Below are positions 1 to 10,399 of a stretch of 64,000 nucleotides of DNA, piece after piece; position 1 is the first letter of the stretch, and each line of letters starts with the position of its first letter. The notes below the pieces were generated by a model that ran no database searches, was not told the origin of the DNA, and saw nothing but the letters and a program-made list of their open reading frames with translations. Source of the DNA: an uncultured Gammaproteobacteria bacterium (GTDB taxonomy: Bacteria; Pseudomonadota; Gammaproteobacteria; CAWCPV01); contig CAWCPV010000005.1 in assembly GCA_963797555.1 (NCBI GenBank), positions 224,001 through 288,000 of the forward strand, written 5' to 3'. The position numbers and the translations under genes are program-made.

Positions 1-367
1 GCCAGTTGGGTGCAGCGCATGCAAAAGGCGCTAGTGCAGATGAACATCCAGCTCACCGAGGTCATCAGCGACGTGACGGGCCAGGCGATCATCGGCGACA
101 TTGTGTCCGGCCAGCGCGATGCGCGGGTGCTGGCGCGGCACCGTCAGCCGGCGCATCCGGGCCAGCGAGCAAGACATCGCGCGAGCGCTGACGGGCAACT
201 GGCGCGAGGAGCACCTGTTCGTGCTCAAGCAGGCGCTGGGGATGTATGAGGACATCGCGCAGCATCTTCGAGAGTGCGATCTCAAGCTGCAAGCGCTGCT
301 CGCCGAGCCGTCAGCGTCGATTTGGGTAAAGCGCCGCGAGCCGGTAGCAGGGCGCGAGCGCAGTTAG
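1..367 (+). pseudogene. IS110-family transposase fragment (frameshifted, 3'-truncated)
   Basis: Two frames join into WVQRMQKALVQMNIQLTEVISDVTG..QAII..IVSGQRD..LA / RRIRASEQDIARALTGNWREEHLFVLKQAL, typical of the IS110 transposase middle region. It stops just before mpl without the C-terminal domain. Confidence 0.8.
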
Positions 368-368
368 C

Positions 369-1727
369 ATGCACATCCACGTCCTCGGAGCTGGCGGCAC
401 CTTCATGGCGGGTGTGGCCATCCTCGCCAAGGCCCTCGGCCACCAAGTCACGGGCTCCGATAGCCGGGTCTACCCGCCGATGAGTACACAGCTCGAGAGC
501 CAAGGTATCGCGATCTGCGAGGGGTATGCGGCCGAGCATCTGCGCCCGCCGCCCGACCTAGTAGTGGTCGGCAACGCAATGAGCCGGGGAAATCCCGCTG
601 TGGAGTACCTCCTGAACGAGGGTCTAGCCTACACCTCGGGTCCGCAGTGGCTGGCCGAGCATGTCCTGGAGGGGCGCTCCGTGCTCGCCGTCGCGGGGAC
701 GCACGGCAAGACCACGTCCGCCAGCCTTCTCGCCTGGATCCTGGAACGCGCGGGGCTCGCCCCCGGGTTTCTCATCGGTGGCCTGCCCCGCAATTTCGGG
801 GTCTCGGCGCGTCTGGGCAACGGGTCCTGCTTTGTGGTGGAGGCAGATGAGTACGACACCGCGTTCTTCGATAAGCGATCCAAGTTCGTCCACTACCGCC
901 CGCGAATCCTTCTGCTGAACAATCTCGAGTACGATCACGCGGATATCTTTCCGGACTTGGAAGCCATCAAGACGCAGTTCCATCACCTCATCCGCACCGT
1001 CCCGAGTGCAGGCGTCATCCTGACGGGCCACGGCGAGAGGCACCTGGATGAAGTGCTTGCCCGCGGGTGCTGGACCCCGAGCGAACAGTTCGGGTCCGGG
1101 GGGCGTTGGACAGCGCGGTTGGAAAGCGCCGACGGGACTCGCTTCACAGTGCTGTGCGACGGCCAGGTGCTGGGGCAACTGACATGGGATCTCACAGGAC
1201 GACACAACGTAAACAATGCCATGGGTGCGATAGCGGCAGCTAGCCATGCCGGTGTGTCACACCACTTGGCGCTGGCTGCACTCGCAGAGTTCCGCGGCAT
1301 CCAGAGACGACTGGAGCAACGGGGTCGGGTGAGGGGGGTTACGATCTACGATGACTTCGCCCATCACCCCACCGCCATCGCGTCAACCCTCGCGGGACTC
1401 AGGGCACGGGTGGGACAGGCCCGCATCGTGGCCGTCCTGGAACCTCGTTCCAACACCATGCGCCTCGGGGTTCACCGGGATGCATTGGCGCCGGCGTTGA
1501 CGCTGGCGGACGAAGCAATCCTCTATCAGCCACCTTCGCTGGGGTGGGATGTAGCCGAGGTGGCTGGCGCTGTCGGCTCAAGGGCGAAGGTGTTTCGCGC
1601 CGTGCCAGACATCATCGAGTACCTGGCCGGGACCGCGCGACCGGGCGATCACGTGCTCGTCATGAGCAACGGTCCGTTCGAAGGTATCCACGAGCGGCTG
1701 TTGCAGGCGCTGCAAGGTGCTTCCTGA
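369..1727 (+). CDS. mpl: Murein peptide ligase Mpl
   Basis: MHIHVLGAGGTFM N-terminus, GTHGKTT P-loop, EADEYDTAFFDKRSKF, DDFAHHPTAI, EPRSNTM. Confidence 0.96.
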   Translation: MHIHVLGAGGTFMAGVAILAKALGHQVTGSDSRVYPPMSTQLESQGIAICEGYAAEHLRPPPDLVVVGNAMSRGNPAVEYLLNEGLAYTSGPQWLAEHVLEGRSVLAVAGTHGKTTSASLLAWILERAGLAPGFLIGGLPRNFGVSARLGNGSCFVVEADEYDTAFFDKRSKFVHYRPRILLLNNLEYDHADIFPDLEAIKTQFHHLIRTVPSAGVILTGHGERHLDEVLARGCWTPSEQFGSGGRWTARLESADGTRFTVLCDGQVLGQLTWDLTGRHNVNNAMGAIAAASHAGVSHHLALAALAEFRGIQRRLEQRGRVRGVTIYDDFAHHPTAIASTLAGLRARVGQARIVAVLEPRSNTMRLGVHRDALAPALTLADEAILYQPPSLGWDVAEVAGAVGSRAKVFRAVPDIIEYLAGTARPGDHVLVMSNGPFEGIHERLLQALQGAS

Positions 1728-1771
1728 GCCCATCGTCCTGGCCCTGACAGGCACGCCTCCGGCGCCCACCC

Positions 1772-2440
1772 AGTGTGCCTGCCCGGCATGGGACGAGACT
1801 TGTGACCTGCGAGGAGGACAGCCCGGAAAGAGTGACGACAACCGTAGTGAAGCGCAAGGCGAAAGCCGCGAGGCCAACACGGCCCCGTCGAAGTCCCGCC
1901 GGCGGGAGGGATGTTGAGTGGCGTCGAGCATCGAGTCGGAGATCCGCGCCTGTTGGGCAAACGGTTGAGCAAGTTCGGCCTGCGTCTGGAGCCGAGCGAG
2001 ACCAAGCTCGTCGAGTTCGGTCATTATTGTATGCCCAGAAGTCCGCGGGCAAGTGCACGCGCAACCAGAAGGGCAACTTCTAGGGCGGGGCTGCGTGCCG
2101 AGAAATCTCGACTGCCGCGCAGTCTGAATCCACTTGGGCGACCTGATACGGCGCATGCGGCGCTTGCCGACGCGCGAGCAGGTCATCAACCTCAATCGGG
2201 TGCTGCGAGGCCACTTCGCCCACTCCAGTATCGCTGGTAACTTCCGGGCCTTGCAGCAAGTGCATCGGTTCGTCGAATGATACTGGCACAAGATGCTGTG
2301 TAGCCGCAGCCGTGACGGGCACATGACGTGAGAGGTTTTCCGCCCCTGTTGCGCCCTTACCGGGCGCTGCAGGCTATCGCTGTGCCGTAAATCTTTCACT
2401 CTTCGAAGAGCGTAGTGCAGGAAATCCGCTCGCTACGTAC
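1772..2440 (+). mobile_element. Degenerate, internally deleted group II intron (5' RNA part, RT/maturase fragments, domain V)
   Basis: Fragments VEHRVGDPRLL, KRLSKFGLRLEPSETKLVEFG, CTRNQKGNF and LNRVLRGHFAH..IAGNFRALQQVHRFVE*YWHKMLCSRSR. Domain V-like GAAGAGCGTAGTGCAGGAAATCCGCTCGCTACGT at 2405-2438. No YADD motif. The 5' boundary is approximate. Confidence 0.8.
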
Positions 2441-2531
2441 CTCGACCCGCTCCGCGGAAGCACTTCCGCAAGCTTGTAGCAACGTCAACGGGGTGGATGC
2501 AGCTCCAGAGGCTGAACCCGCGCGTCTTGCT

Positions 2532-3425
2532 TCAAGCGCGGCTCGTGTAGTCCAAGAGGACGCCCGCGAAGATGGCTGCCCCCATCCAGTTATTGTTGAC
2601 GAAGGCCAGGAAGCAGCCGCGGGGAGAGCGCTGGCGTACTAGGTACTGCTCGTAAACGGCGAGCCCGGCAGCCGCTGTAAGACCCGTGAAGTAAAGCCAG
2701 CCTCGGTTCAGGCTAGCGCCGGCCACGGCCAGGACTGTTAGCATGGCCGCATGCGCGAGACCGACCACAAGGCGATCGTGACGCCCGAAGAGGATGGCGG
2801 CGGACTTGATGCCGATGCGTAGGTCATCGTTTCGATCCACCATCGCGTACAACGTGTCGTAAGCGACCGCCCACAGGACGGCGGCCCAGAATATTGCCCA
2901 CGCGACCGCCGGCACCCTTCCGGTCTGGGCGGCGAACGCCATCGGGACGGCCCAGCCGAAGGCCACGCCCAGATATACCTGCGGAAGATGGGTGTGGCGC
3001 TTCGTAAAAGGATATGTCACAGCCAGGAATAGGCCCGCCACCGACATCAAGACCGTCAGGAGGTTGGTGAGAAGTGCCAGGCCGAAGGCGGTGACGCTGA
3101 GCACCACGAACACAGCGACAGCCTCCTCGGGGTGGATGCGCCGGGCGGCCAACGGGCGATCCCTGGTACGGCGTACATGGGGGTCGAAGTTGCGGTCGGC
3201 GTAGTCATTGACGGCGCACCCCGCCGAGCGCATGAGGACCACACCCAGCACAAACACGGTGACGACCCGCGGGTAGGGGTGACCGTCGCCGGCAATCCAC
3301 AGCGCCCAGAGGGCGGGCCATAGCAACAGCAGGATCCCGATGGGACGATGTAACCGTACGAGCAGAGCATACTGACGCACCTTCTCGACCCAAGCAGGTC
3401 CGTCGGTGTCCCACCCCCACCTCAC
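2532..3425 (-). CDS. ubiA: 4-hydroxybenzoate octaprenyltransferase
   Basis: RLHRPIGILLLLWP, MRSAGCAVNDYADRNFD, YDTLYAMVDRNDD. Confidence 0.96.
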   Translation of the reverse strand: MRWGWDTDGPAWVEKVRQYALLVRLHRPIGILLLLWPALWALWIAGDGHPYPRVVTVFVLGVVLMRSAGCAVNDYADRNFDPHVRRTRDRPLAARRIHPEEAVAVFVVLSVTAFGLALLTNLLTVLMSVAGLFLAVTYPFTKRHTHLPQVYLGVAFGWAVPMAFAAQTGRVPAVAWAIFWAAVLWAVAYDTLYAMVDRNDDLRIGIKSAAILFGRHDRLVVGLAHAAMLTVLAVAGASLNRGWLYFTGLTAAAGLAVYEQYLVRQRSPRGCFLAFVNNNWMGAAIFAGVLLDYTSRA

Positions 3426-3991
3426 GGGGTCAGCTCCTCCAGCAATGCCGGAAGGAAGATTTCGCTAACCAAAAGGACGTGCCGTTCTACATAAAATACA
3501 GAGCGGCGTGCCCACACCGTTTGTGGCACGGATGGAATGAGACGGCTCGCGAGCCTGAACAGGGGCTGACCGCCGTTGAGGCAGGCAACGTGAACCGCGC
3601 CGCGCCGTAGGGTTGGGTCCGCGAATAGGACGGCACCGAGGGACCGCGTTCCCAGGCGCCCCAGGCGTTGATGACGGCCGGCAAGGGTTGCGCGCGGAAA
3701 CACGGTGCGGGCGAAGACCCACGGGGCTTCGCCGCAGCCTAGACTGACCTGACGCACCAGGGCAAGTTCTTGGTGGGAAAGACCGAGCTGCCTCGCTTCA
3801 TCCAATAGGGGCCGTTCCCAGGACTGCTGCAGTGGATGCACGCGGACCTGTCCAGCACACAGCTGGCGCAGCCGCCGAGTCAGGGACGACGGGTCTCTCA
3901 GCCAGCGGCGCACAGACTCCGGCGTCTCAAGCGCGCGAAGCCTCCCGTACGGGAGCCAGTGAGGTGTTCCACATCGGACCTGCCGCTTCAC
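3422..3991 (-). CDS. ubiC: Chorismate pyruvate-lyase
   Basis: WLRDPSSLTRRL, VRQVSL, WVFARTVFP, SLGAVLF, WARRSVF, LLVSEIFLP. The likely GTG start is at 3991; the longer ORF upstream is recG/repeat debris. Confidence 0.9.
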   Translation of the reverse strand: MKRQVRCGTPHWLPYGRLRALETPESVRRWLRDPSSLTRRLRQLCAGQVRVHPLQQSWERPLLDEARQLGLSHQELALVRQVSLGCGEAPWVFARTVFPRATLAGRHQRLGRLGTRSLGAVLFADPTLRRGAVHVACLNGGQPLFRLASRLIPSVPQTVWARRSVFYVERHVLLVSEIFLPALLEELTP

Positions 3992-4536
3992 CCTGCGCTG
4001 AAGCTGTGCCCTGGGCTTGTGGGCAACGGCGCGCGAAGCCGAGCTTGCCCCAAAGCCGCCGGAGGAGGCATAGATGGGCGTCAGATGCGTTTCAGGTTCC
4101 AATGCCATGCCAGCACTGAGAGCTCGTGAATAAATCTGCTGCGCGTCCCGATAGCGGCGTTGCGCGGTGCTCGCTCCTCGCCTATCTACTTGATATGTCT
4201 CGTCGCTGCGCTCCGTGCGCCTTGCTCTCGGGCCGCTCGCGACGATTTCTTCACAAGCTCTGAGGACACGATACTCGGGTTGGACTTTCTCCGCCGGCGG
4301 GCCCGACACGCGCCGTCCTAAAACACTGCCGCACGGCTCCAAGGCGTAGCCGTTCCTGATAGTAGCTGCCGAAGTGGACCAACCGAACAGTTAGTCTACC
4401 GGTGTCGTCCTCCAGGCAGCGCACCGAGATCCGGCGGCCGGGCCCCCAAGCGCGCGAGGTGCTCGCTCAAGGGTGGTGAGAGGCATCCGCGAAAGAGTCT
4501 TGGGCTGGACGCCGACCGCGGAATTCCCGCAGGCAC
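3988..4536 (-). pseudogene. recG: recG remnant (N-terminal/wedge fragments; helicase core deleted)
   Basis: Minus-strand pieces in order: PLTTL, EHLARLG, GRRISVRCLEDDTGRLTVRLVHF..QERLRLGAVRQCF..RVGPAG, VQPEYRVL, EPETHLTPIY, LGQARLRA. This is the usual recG position between ridA and ubiC, and the final TGA overlaps the ubiC GTG. Confidence 0.8.
4117..4263. repeat. Palindromic MITE-like element, copy 1 (141 bp between TGA direct repeats)
   Basis: Imperfect terminal inverted repeats GAGCTCGTGAATAAATC / GATTTCTTCACAAGCTC, with TGA at 4117-4119 and 4261-4263. A related copy lies at 49226-49333. Confidence 0.88.
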
Positions 4537-4545
4537 ACCTTCGCG

Positions 4546-4938
4546 TCAGCGCCGCAACTCCAGGACGGCATCAATCTCGACGGCGGCGCCGCGCGGCAGC
4601 GCCGCAACGCCGACGACTGCACGTGCGGGGTACGGCTCCTTGAAGTAGCCGGTCATGACCTCATTGACCTTTGAAAAGTGGGCGAGATCGGTCAGAAATA
4701 CGGTCAGCTTAACCACATCGTCCAGGCTGCCACCTGCTGCCCGAGCGACTGCCTGCAAGTTGTCCAGGGCCCGAGCGATCTGCATCTCCGTGCTGCCATC
4801 CACCAGATCCATGGTGCTCGGGTCCAGCGGAATCTGCCCCGACACATACACCGCGCTTCCGACCTTGACAGCCTGCGAGTAAGTGCCAATGGCTTGCGGT
4901 GCGGATTCCGTGTGGATGGCTTCGCGCCGCACGCTCAA
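4546..4938 (-). CDS. ridA: Rid (YjgF/RidA) family enamine/imine deaminase
   Basis: APQAIGTYSQA, SGQIPLDP, PYPARAVVGVAALPRGAAVEIDA. Confidence 0.92.
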   Translation of the reverse strand: MSVRREAIHTESAPQAIGTYSQAVKVGSAVYVSGQIPLDPSTMDLVDGSTEMQIARALDNLQAVARAAGGSLDDVVKLTVFLTDLAHFSKVNEVMTGYFKEPYPARAVVGVAALPRGAAVEIDAVLELRR

Positions 4939-7131
4939 CCCTTCGTGCGATTGATGCGCATCACCAAGCGGTTGCTACGGATCCTGCGCATGATACGGGC
5001 CAAGTGCTGCCGGCCCTTCACCGCAACCGTGAAGTTGAGGGTAGTGTAGAGACCGTCCCGCTCGGTGATGCTGACGTTCTCGATGTTCGCCTCCATCTCG
5101 GCGATCGCCGCCGCGACGCTGGCCAGCACCCCCCTTTGGTTGGCCACTTCAACCCGCATCTCGACCGAGAAGTCACCGGCCACCGTGGGCTCCCACTGAA
5201 CGTTCAGGCTCTTGTCGGGCGCGTCCCGGAATTCCGCGACGTTCTTGCAGGACGCTGCGTGGATGACGATCCCACGCCCCGCGCTGACGAAGCCGACGAT
5301 GGTATCCCCGGGGATGGGACGGCAGCACTTTGCGAAAGCGACCACCATCCCCTCGGTCCCCTGAATGGCCAGCGGTCGAGCCAAGGAGGACTCGATCTTG
5401 CGGTCTCTGACCTCCGGCTCCGGGGCAAGCCGGCGCGCTACCAGCGGGGCTAGACGCCTTCCCAGCCCGATGTCTTCGTAGAGCGCCTCTGTCGCGGGGA
5501 CATTGAGTCTCTTGCAGCAGCCCGGTCATCCGCTCCTGGGGCACTTGTGCGAGCGATAGGGAGAGCACGCTCAGCTCCTTCTCCAAGAGACGTCTGCCGA
5601 GCGCGATCGCCTCGTCCTGCTGGAGGTTCTTCAGGTACTGACGGATATTGGCGCGCGCCTTGGCGGTGACCACGCAATTGAGCCAGGATGGTTTGGGCCG
5701 AGCACCCGGTGCCGTCAGAATCTCGACTTGCTGGCCGTTGTGGAGTGGGGTGTGCAGCGGCGCCCACCGCCGGTCGATCTTCGCGGCCACGCAGGCGTTC
5801 CCAATGTCGGTGTGCACCGCGTAGGCGAAATCCACTGCGGTGGCTCCTCGCGGCAGCACCTTGATCTCACCCTTGGGCGTAAAGACGTATACCTCCTCCG
5901 GAAACAGGTCTACCTTTACGTTTTCGAGGAATTCTAGAGAGTTACCCGCACTCTTCTGCATCTCCAACAACCCGCGCAGCCACTCCCGCGCTCGCTGCTG
6001 CGTGGTGTTGGGCGCATCGCCCGTCTTGTAGAGCCAGTGTGCAGCGATGCCGGCTTCCGCCACCTTGTCCATCTCTTCGGTGCGGATCTGCACCTCCAAA
6101 TGCACGCCGTAAGGTCCGATTAACACCGTGTGCAAGGATTGGTAACCGTTCGCCTTGGGGATCGCGATGTAATCCTTGAACCTGCCGGGGACAGGTTTGT
6201 AGAGATTGTGCACCGCGCCGAGCACGCGGTAGCAGGTATCGACCTTGTCGGTGACGATGCGAAAGGCATAGATGTCAAACACTTCTTCGAAGGACAGCGT
6301 CTTGCCACGCATCTTCTTGTAGATGCTGTAGAGGTGCTTCTCCCGTCCCGACACCCGTCCGTCGAGGACCTCTTGGCGGAGGCGCCGCTTGAGTGCGGTC
6401 TCGATCCTGTCCACTATTTCCCTGCGGTGCCCTCGGGCCCGCATGATGGCGGCGCGTAGCACGCGCGCCCGCGTCGGATGGAGAGCAGAGAACCCGAGAT
6501 TCTCCAACTCTAGGCGGATGGCATTCATGCCCAGACGGCTGGCAATAGGGGCATAGATCTCAAGGGTTTCCCGCGCGATTCGCCGGCACTTGCTGGCTGG
6601 CATGGCGCCCAAGGTGCGCATGTTGTGCAGGCGGTCTGCGAGCTTGATGATGATGACTCGGATGTCTCGCGCCATGGCCAGCAGCATCTTGCGAAAGTTC
6701 TCCGCCTGGGCCTCCGCGCGGTTCTCCGCGTTCAGCTGGGTGATCTTGCTGACCCCATCCACCAGTTCCGCCACTTCCTCACCGAACTTTCGGGCCAGCA
6801 CCTCCTTGGGCGTCCCCGTGTCTTCGATTACGTCATGCAGCACGGCCGCGACCAGCGTGTGATGGTCCATCCGCATGTCTGCGAGGATTCGCGTAACCGC
6901 GATAGGGTGGTAGATATAGGGCTCTCCGGTCAGCCGATGCTGGCCTTGGTGGGCCTCGGCGCTGAACAGATAGGCTCTGTACACCTCCTGGACCTTGTTA
7001 GGCGGGAGATATGTCTCCAGCAGAGCACACAGGTCACTGATCAGGAAAAGGCCTCGACTCGCCCGCGCCTCAGGGGCGAGGGTCGGGATCTGAGCTGCCG
7101 GCGCGGGAAGAGTGCTCACAGGGGTGGTCAA
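4935..7131 (-). CDS. spoT: Bifunctional (p)ppGpp synthetase/hydrolase SpoT (one apparent 1-bp insertion near 5508)
   Basis: HD motif LHDVIEDT, KLADRLHNMRTL, YQSLHT, TGS domain. The C-terminal ZFD/ACT part (AKCCRPIPGD) is in another frame. Confidence 0.95.
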
Positions 7132-7165
7132 TCGGGCTACCGCCTCGCGTTAGGCGCGGAGCGCT

Positions 7166-7423
7166 TCAGGATCCCATCTCCGGAGGCAGGCCGAGGGCGG
7201 ACTGCGACTCCCTCACGACGCCATCCAAGTCATCCAGGATGGATGGCCCGACCTGCCCAGCCGCGACCTCACGCAGCGCCACGACAGTCGGCTTGTCGTT
7301 CTCCCAAGGGATCTGTGGCTGGGCACCCCTTTCCAGTTGCCGGGCGCGCTTCGCCGCCACCAGCACGAGTTGAAACCGGTTATCGAGGTGCTCCAGGCAA
7401 TCTTCGACGGTGATGCGAGCCAT
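7166..7423 (-). CDS. rpoZ: RNA polymerase omega subunit
   Basis: [36 protein letters not shown]. Confidence 0.97.
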   Translation of the reverse strand: MARITVEDCLEHLDNRFQLVLVAAKRARQLERGAQPQIPWENDKPTVVALREVAAGQVGPSILDDLDGVVRESQSALGLPPEMGS

Positions 7424-7486
7424 CCTTAATCAGTCTCCGTGCAAGGCGTTTCGGTTAATCGGTCAAGTGTACTCATAGCGACGATC

Positions 7487-8095
7487 TCATACCAGCAGCG
7501 TATGGAGCAAGGGCCCCAGCGCCTCGATCTGCGTCTCGGTGCGAAGGCGTCGCGCCCGCAGGATCGCCTGCAGGTCGGTCAATGCCTCGTCGAACGCCGC
7601 GTTGACCACGAGATAATCGTATTCGTCGTGATGACACATCTCTTGCTTGGCTCCGTCGAGACGCCGCTGGATAACCTCCGGGCTGTCTTGGCCTCGATGG
7701 ACCAGCCGCTCCTTGAGTGCTTCGATCGACGGCGGCAGTATGAAGACGCTGACCGCGTCGGGCCAGCGCGCACGCACCTGACGGGCGCCCTGCCAATCGA
7801 TCTCCAACAGAACGTCACTGCGCCTGAGGCTTTCCTCAACCATCTGCCTGGATGTCCCGTAGTAGTGGTCGAACACTCGTGCGTGCTCGAGGAATTGCCC
7901 CTCGCGTAGCATTGTCTCGAACCGCGCTCGCTCGACGAACTGATAGGCGACGCCCTCGCGCTCCCCCGGACGCGGCGCGCGGGTAGTGAACGACACAGAC
8001 ACTCGGAGGTTGCGCGTACTGCAGACGAGCGCCCTGACAAGGCTCGACTTGCCCGCGCCGGACGGCGCAGAGAAGATATAGAGGGTACCGAGCAT
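7487..8095 (-). CDS. gmk: Guanylate kinase
   Basis: [34 protein letters not shown]. Confidence 0.97.
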   Translation of the reverse strand: MLGTLYIFSAPSGAGKSSLVRALVCSTRNLRVSVSFTTRAPRPGEREGVAYQFVERARFETMLREGQFLEHARVFDHYYGTSRQMVEESLRRSDVLLEIDWQGARQVRARWPDAVSVFILPPSIEALKERLVHRGQDSPEVIQRRLDGAKQEMCHHDEYDYLVVNAAFDEALTDLQAILRARRLRTETQIEALGPLLHTLLV

Positions 8096-8117
8096 CGTGC
8101 CTCGGACGCTGATGCCG

Positions 8118-8984
8118 TTACTCGATGTTCTGCACCTGCTCCCGGCTCTGGTCCACGAGAACCTTTAGCTCGAGGGCCGCGCGGACGGTGTCCAGGTCGG
8201 CGGCCTTGACGCCCAGCGTATTGGCCTCGCGGTGCAACTCCTGCATCAAGAAATCTAGACGCCGCCCGACTGCGCCGACGCTCTCCATGACGTTGCGTGC
8301 TTCCTGCGCATGAGCGTCCAATCGGTCCAGCTCCTCAGCGATGTCCGCCTTCGTTAGCAGCACTCCGATCTCTTGCTGCAACCGCTCCTCGTCCACCTCC
8401 ACTCTGAGATCCGCCAATCTGCGCACGAGCTTGTCGCGCACGCTCGCGAGGGCTGCGGGCAAATGCGTGCGGACCTTGGCGACCCAGGACTGCATCCCAT
8501 CCAGGCGCTGCTGGACGAATGCCCGCAGCCGGGCCCCTTCGCGCTCGCGACATGCCACAAGCTCCTGCAGTGTGCTCTCCAACAGGGCGAGCGCGCGATC
8601 ACGCAGGGGCTCAATTGACGGATCGCCGGCCGCGATGATGCCCGGCCATCGAAGAATATCCATTGCGTTGACCGGGGCCGGGTTGTAGAGGAGACTGTCG
8701 ATCTGCCGGGTCGCTTGCGACAGTCGCCGGACAAGGTCCTCGTTGAGGACGATTTCCTGTGCCATGGTGAACGCAGGTTGGAAGCGCAGGCGGCATTCGA
8801 CCTTTCCGCGCTGGATGTGACGAGCCGTCCGGTCCCTCACCCCCGCCTCGATCTCCCGTAGCTCCTCCGGCAGCCGAACGCTCACCTCGAGATAGCGATG
8901 GTTTACGGATCGGATCTCGCAGGAGAGGGTACCCCACTCGGTGGCGTCCTCGCGGCAAGCGAAGGCGGTCATGCTGCGGATCAT
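8118..8984 (-). CDS. yicC: YicC/YloC family endoribonuclease
   Basis: [50 protein letters not shown]. Confidence 0.95.
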   Translation of the reverse strand: MIRSMTAFACREDATEWGTLSCEIRSVNHRYLEVSVRLPEELREIEAGVRDRTARHIQRGKVECRLRFQPAFTMAQEIVLNEDLVRRLSQATRQIDSLLYNPAPVNAMDILRWPGIIAAGDPSIEPLRDRALALLESTLQELVACREREGARLRAFVQQRLDGMQSWVAKVRTHLPAALASVRDKLVRRLADLRVEVDEERLQQEIGVLLTKADIAEELDRLDAHAQEARNVMESVGAVGRRLDFLMQELHREANTLGVKAADLDTVRAALELKVLVDQSREQVQNIE

Positions 8985-9085
8985 CTTGGCTGCTCCGGCG
9001 TAGGACTTCCTGACGCCATGGTAACCGTTCTTGGGGCCAGTCGAACAGGTTATAATGTCCGCGTTCGATCCCGACAGGAGCAGCC

Positions 9086-9803
9086 ATGCGCCCCAGCGGC
9101 AGAAGCGCTGATGAGTTGCGGCGCGTGTCGATCACCCGCCGCTATACCAAGCACGCCGAGGGCTCTGTGCTGGTCGAGTTCTCCGATGCCAAGGTGATCT
9201 GCACCGCTTCGGTGGACGAAAAGGTGCCACGGTTTCTCAAAAACAGCGGAAAGGGTTGGATTACGGCTGAGTATGGCATGCTTCCCCGTGCGACCTCAGA
9301 GCGGAAAGCCCGCGAAGCGGTGCAAGGTAGACAGGGTGGTCGTACCATGGAGATTCAGCGACTGATCGGCCGCTCCTTGAGGGCCGCGGTGGACCTCAAG
9401 ACGCTAGGGGAACGGACCATCACCGTAGACTGCAACGTCATCCAGGCGGATGGCGGCACCCGCACCGCCTCGATTACCGGCGGTTTCGTGGCCATGGTGG
9501 ATGCGATTCGGCCGCTCCGTGCTCAGGGCCTGCTGACTACGGACCCGATCACTGCCTACGTCGCGTCCGTATCGGTCGGTATCTATTCAGGGTAATCCGG
9601 TGCTGGATCTCGACTACGCGGAGGACGTTGATGCCGAGACCGATATGAACGTGGTCATGGATGAACGGCAGCGTTTCATCGAGCTGCAGGGGACGGCCGA
9701 GGCGCAGTCCTTCAGCATGGACGAACTGCTGGGGATGCTGGCGCTCGCTAGAAGGGGAATTAACCAGCTCATTGAGCTGCAGAAGGCAGCCTTGACCCAG
9801 TGA
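9086..9803 (+). CDS. rph: Ribonuclease PH (one apparent 1-bp insertion near 9586)
   Basis: [39 protein letters not shown]; [23 protein letters not shown] follows in the next frame. Confidence 0.95.
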
Positions 9804-10399
9804 CGCCTGTGGTGCTGGCCAGCAACAACGCTGGCAAGCTGCGCGAGTTTGCCGAGCTGTTGTCCGGCGCGAAGTTCGAGGTCTTACCCCAGTCCCGGTT
9901 CGGCATCGCGGAGGCGGAGGAGACCGGCGCCACTTTCGCGGAGAATGCGGTTTTGAAGGCGCGTCACGCATCATCTGTGGCGAGTCTTCCAGCCATCGCG
10001 GATGATTCGGGCTTAGAAGTGGATGCCCTCCACGGGGCCCCTGGAGTATATTCCGCCCGGTATGCCGGGGCTGCGGCCTCCGATCGGAACAACATTCAAC
10101 GGCTGCTGCAGGAGTTGCGCGACGTCCCGGAAGGCAAGCGCAGTGCCCGATTCCGATGCGTCATCTGTTATCTGGAGCACGGGCAGGACCCGAGCCCGGT
10201 GATCTGCCGAGGCACATGGGAAGGACGCATCCTGATGGCGCCCCGCGGGCGGTGTGGCTTCGGCTATGACCCGATTTTTCTGGTGCCGGCGTACGGATGC
10301 TCCGCCGCAGAGCTTTCCCCGCAAGTCAAGAACCGCATCAGCCATCGCGCTCAGGCGCTGCGCACGCTCCTCGCGACCCTGCGCCATGCGGAAGCCTGA
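9800..10399 (+). CDS. rdgB: Non-canonical purine NTP pyrophosphatase (Ham1 family)
   Basis: [46 protein letters not shown]. Confidence 0.96.
   Translation: MTPVVLASNNAGKLREFAELLSGAKFEVLPQSRFGIAEAEETGATFAENAVLKARHASSVASLPAIADDSGLEVDALHGAPGVYSARYAGAAASDRNNIQRLLQELRDVPEGKRSARFRCVICYLEHGQDPSPVICRGTWEGRILMAPRGRCGFGYDPIFLVPAYGCSAAELSPQVKNRISHRAQALRTLLATLRHAEA

Noticed and set aside
3992-4342. N-terminal extension of UbiC (306-aa ORF)
   Set aside because: The extension is recG remnant plus the palindromic element read in frame.
4360-4400. IS3-like inverted repeat (GCTGCCGAAGTGGACCA)
   Set aside because: Better explained as the antisense of recG wedge-domain codons (RLVHFGSY).
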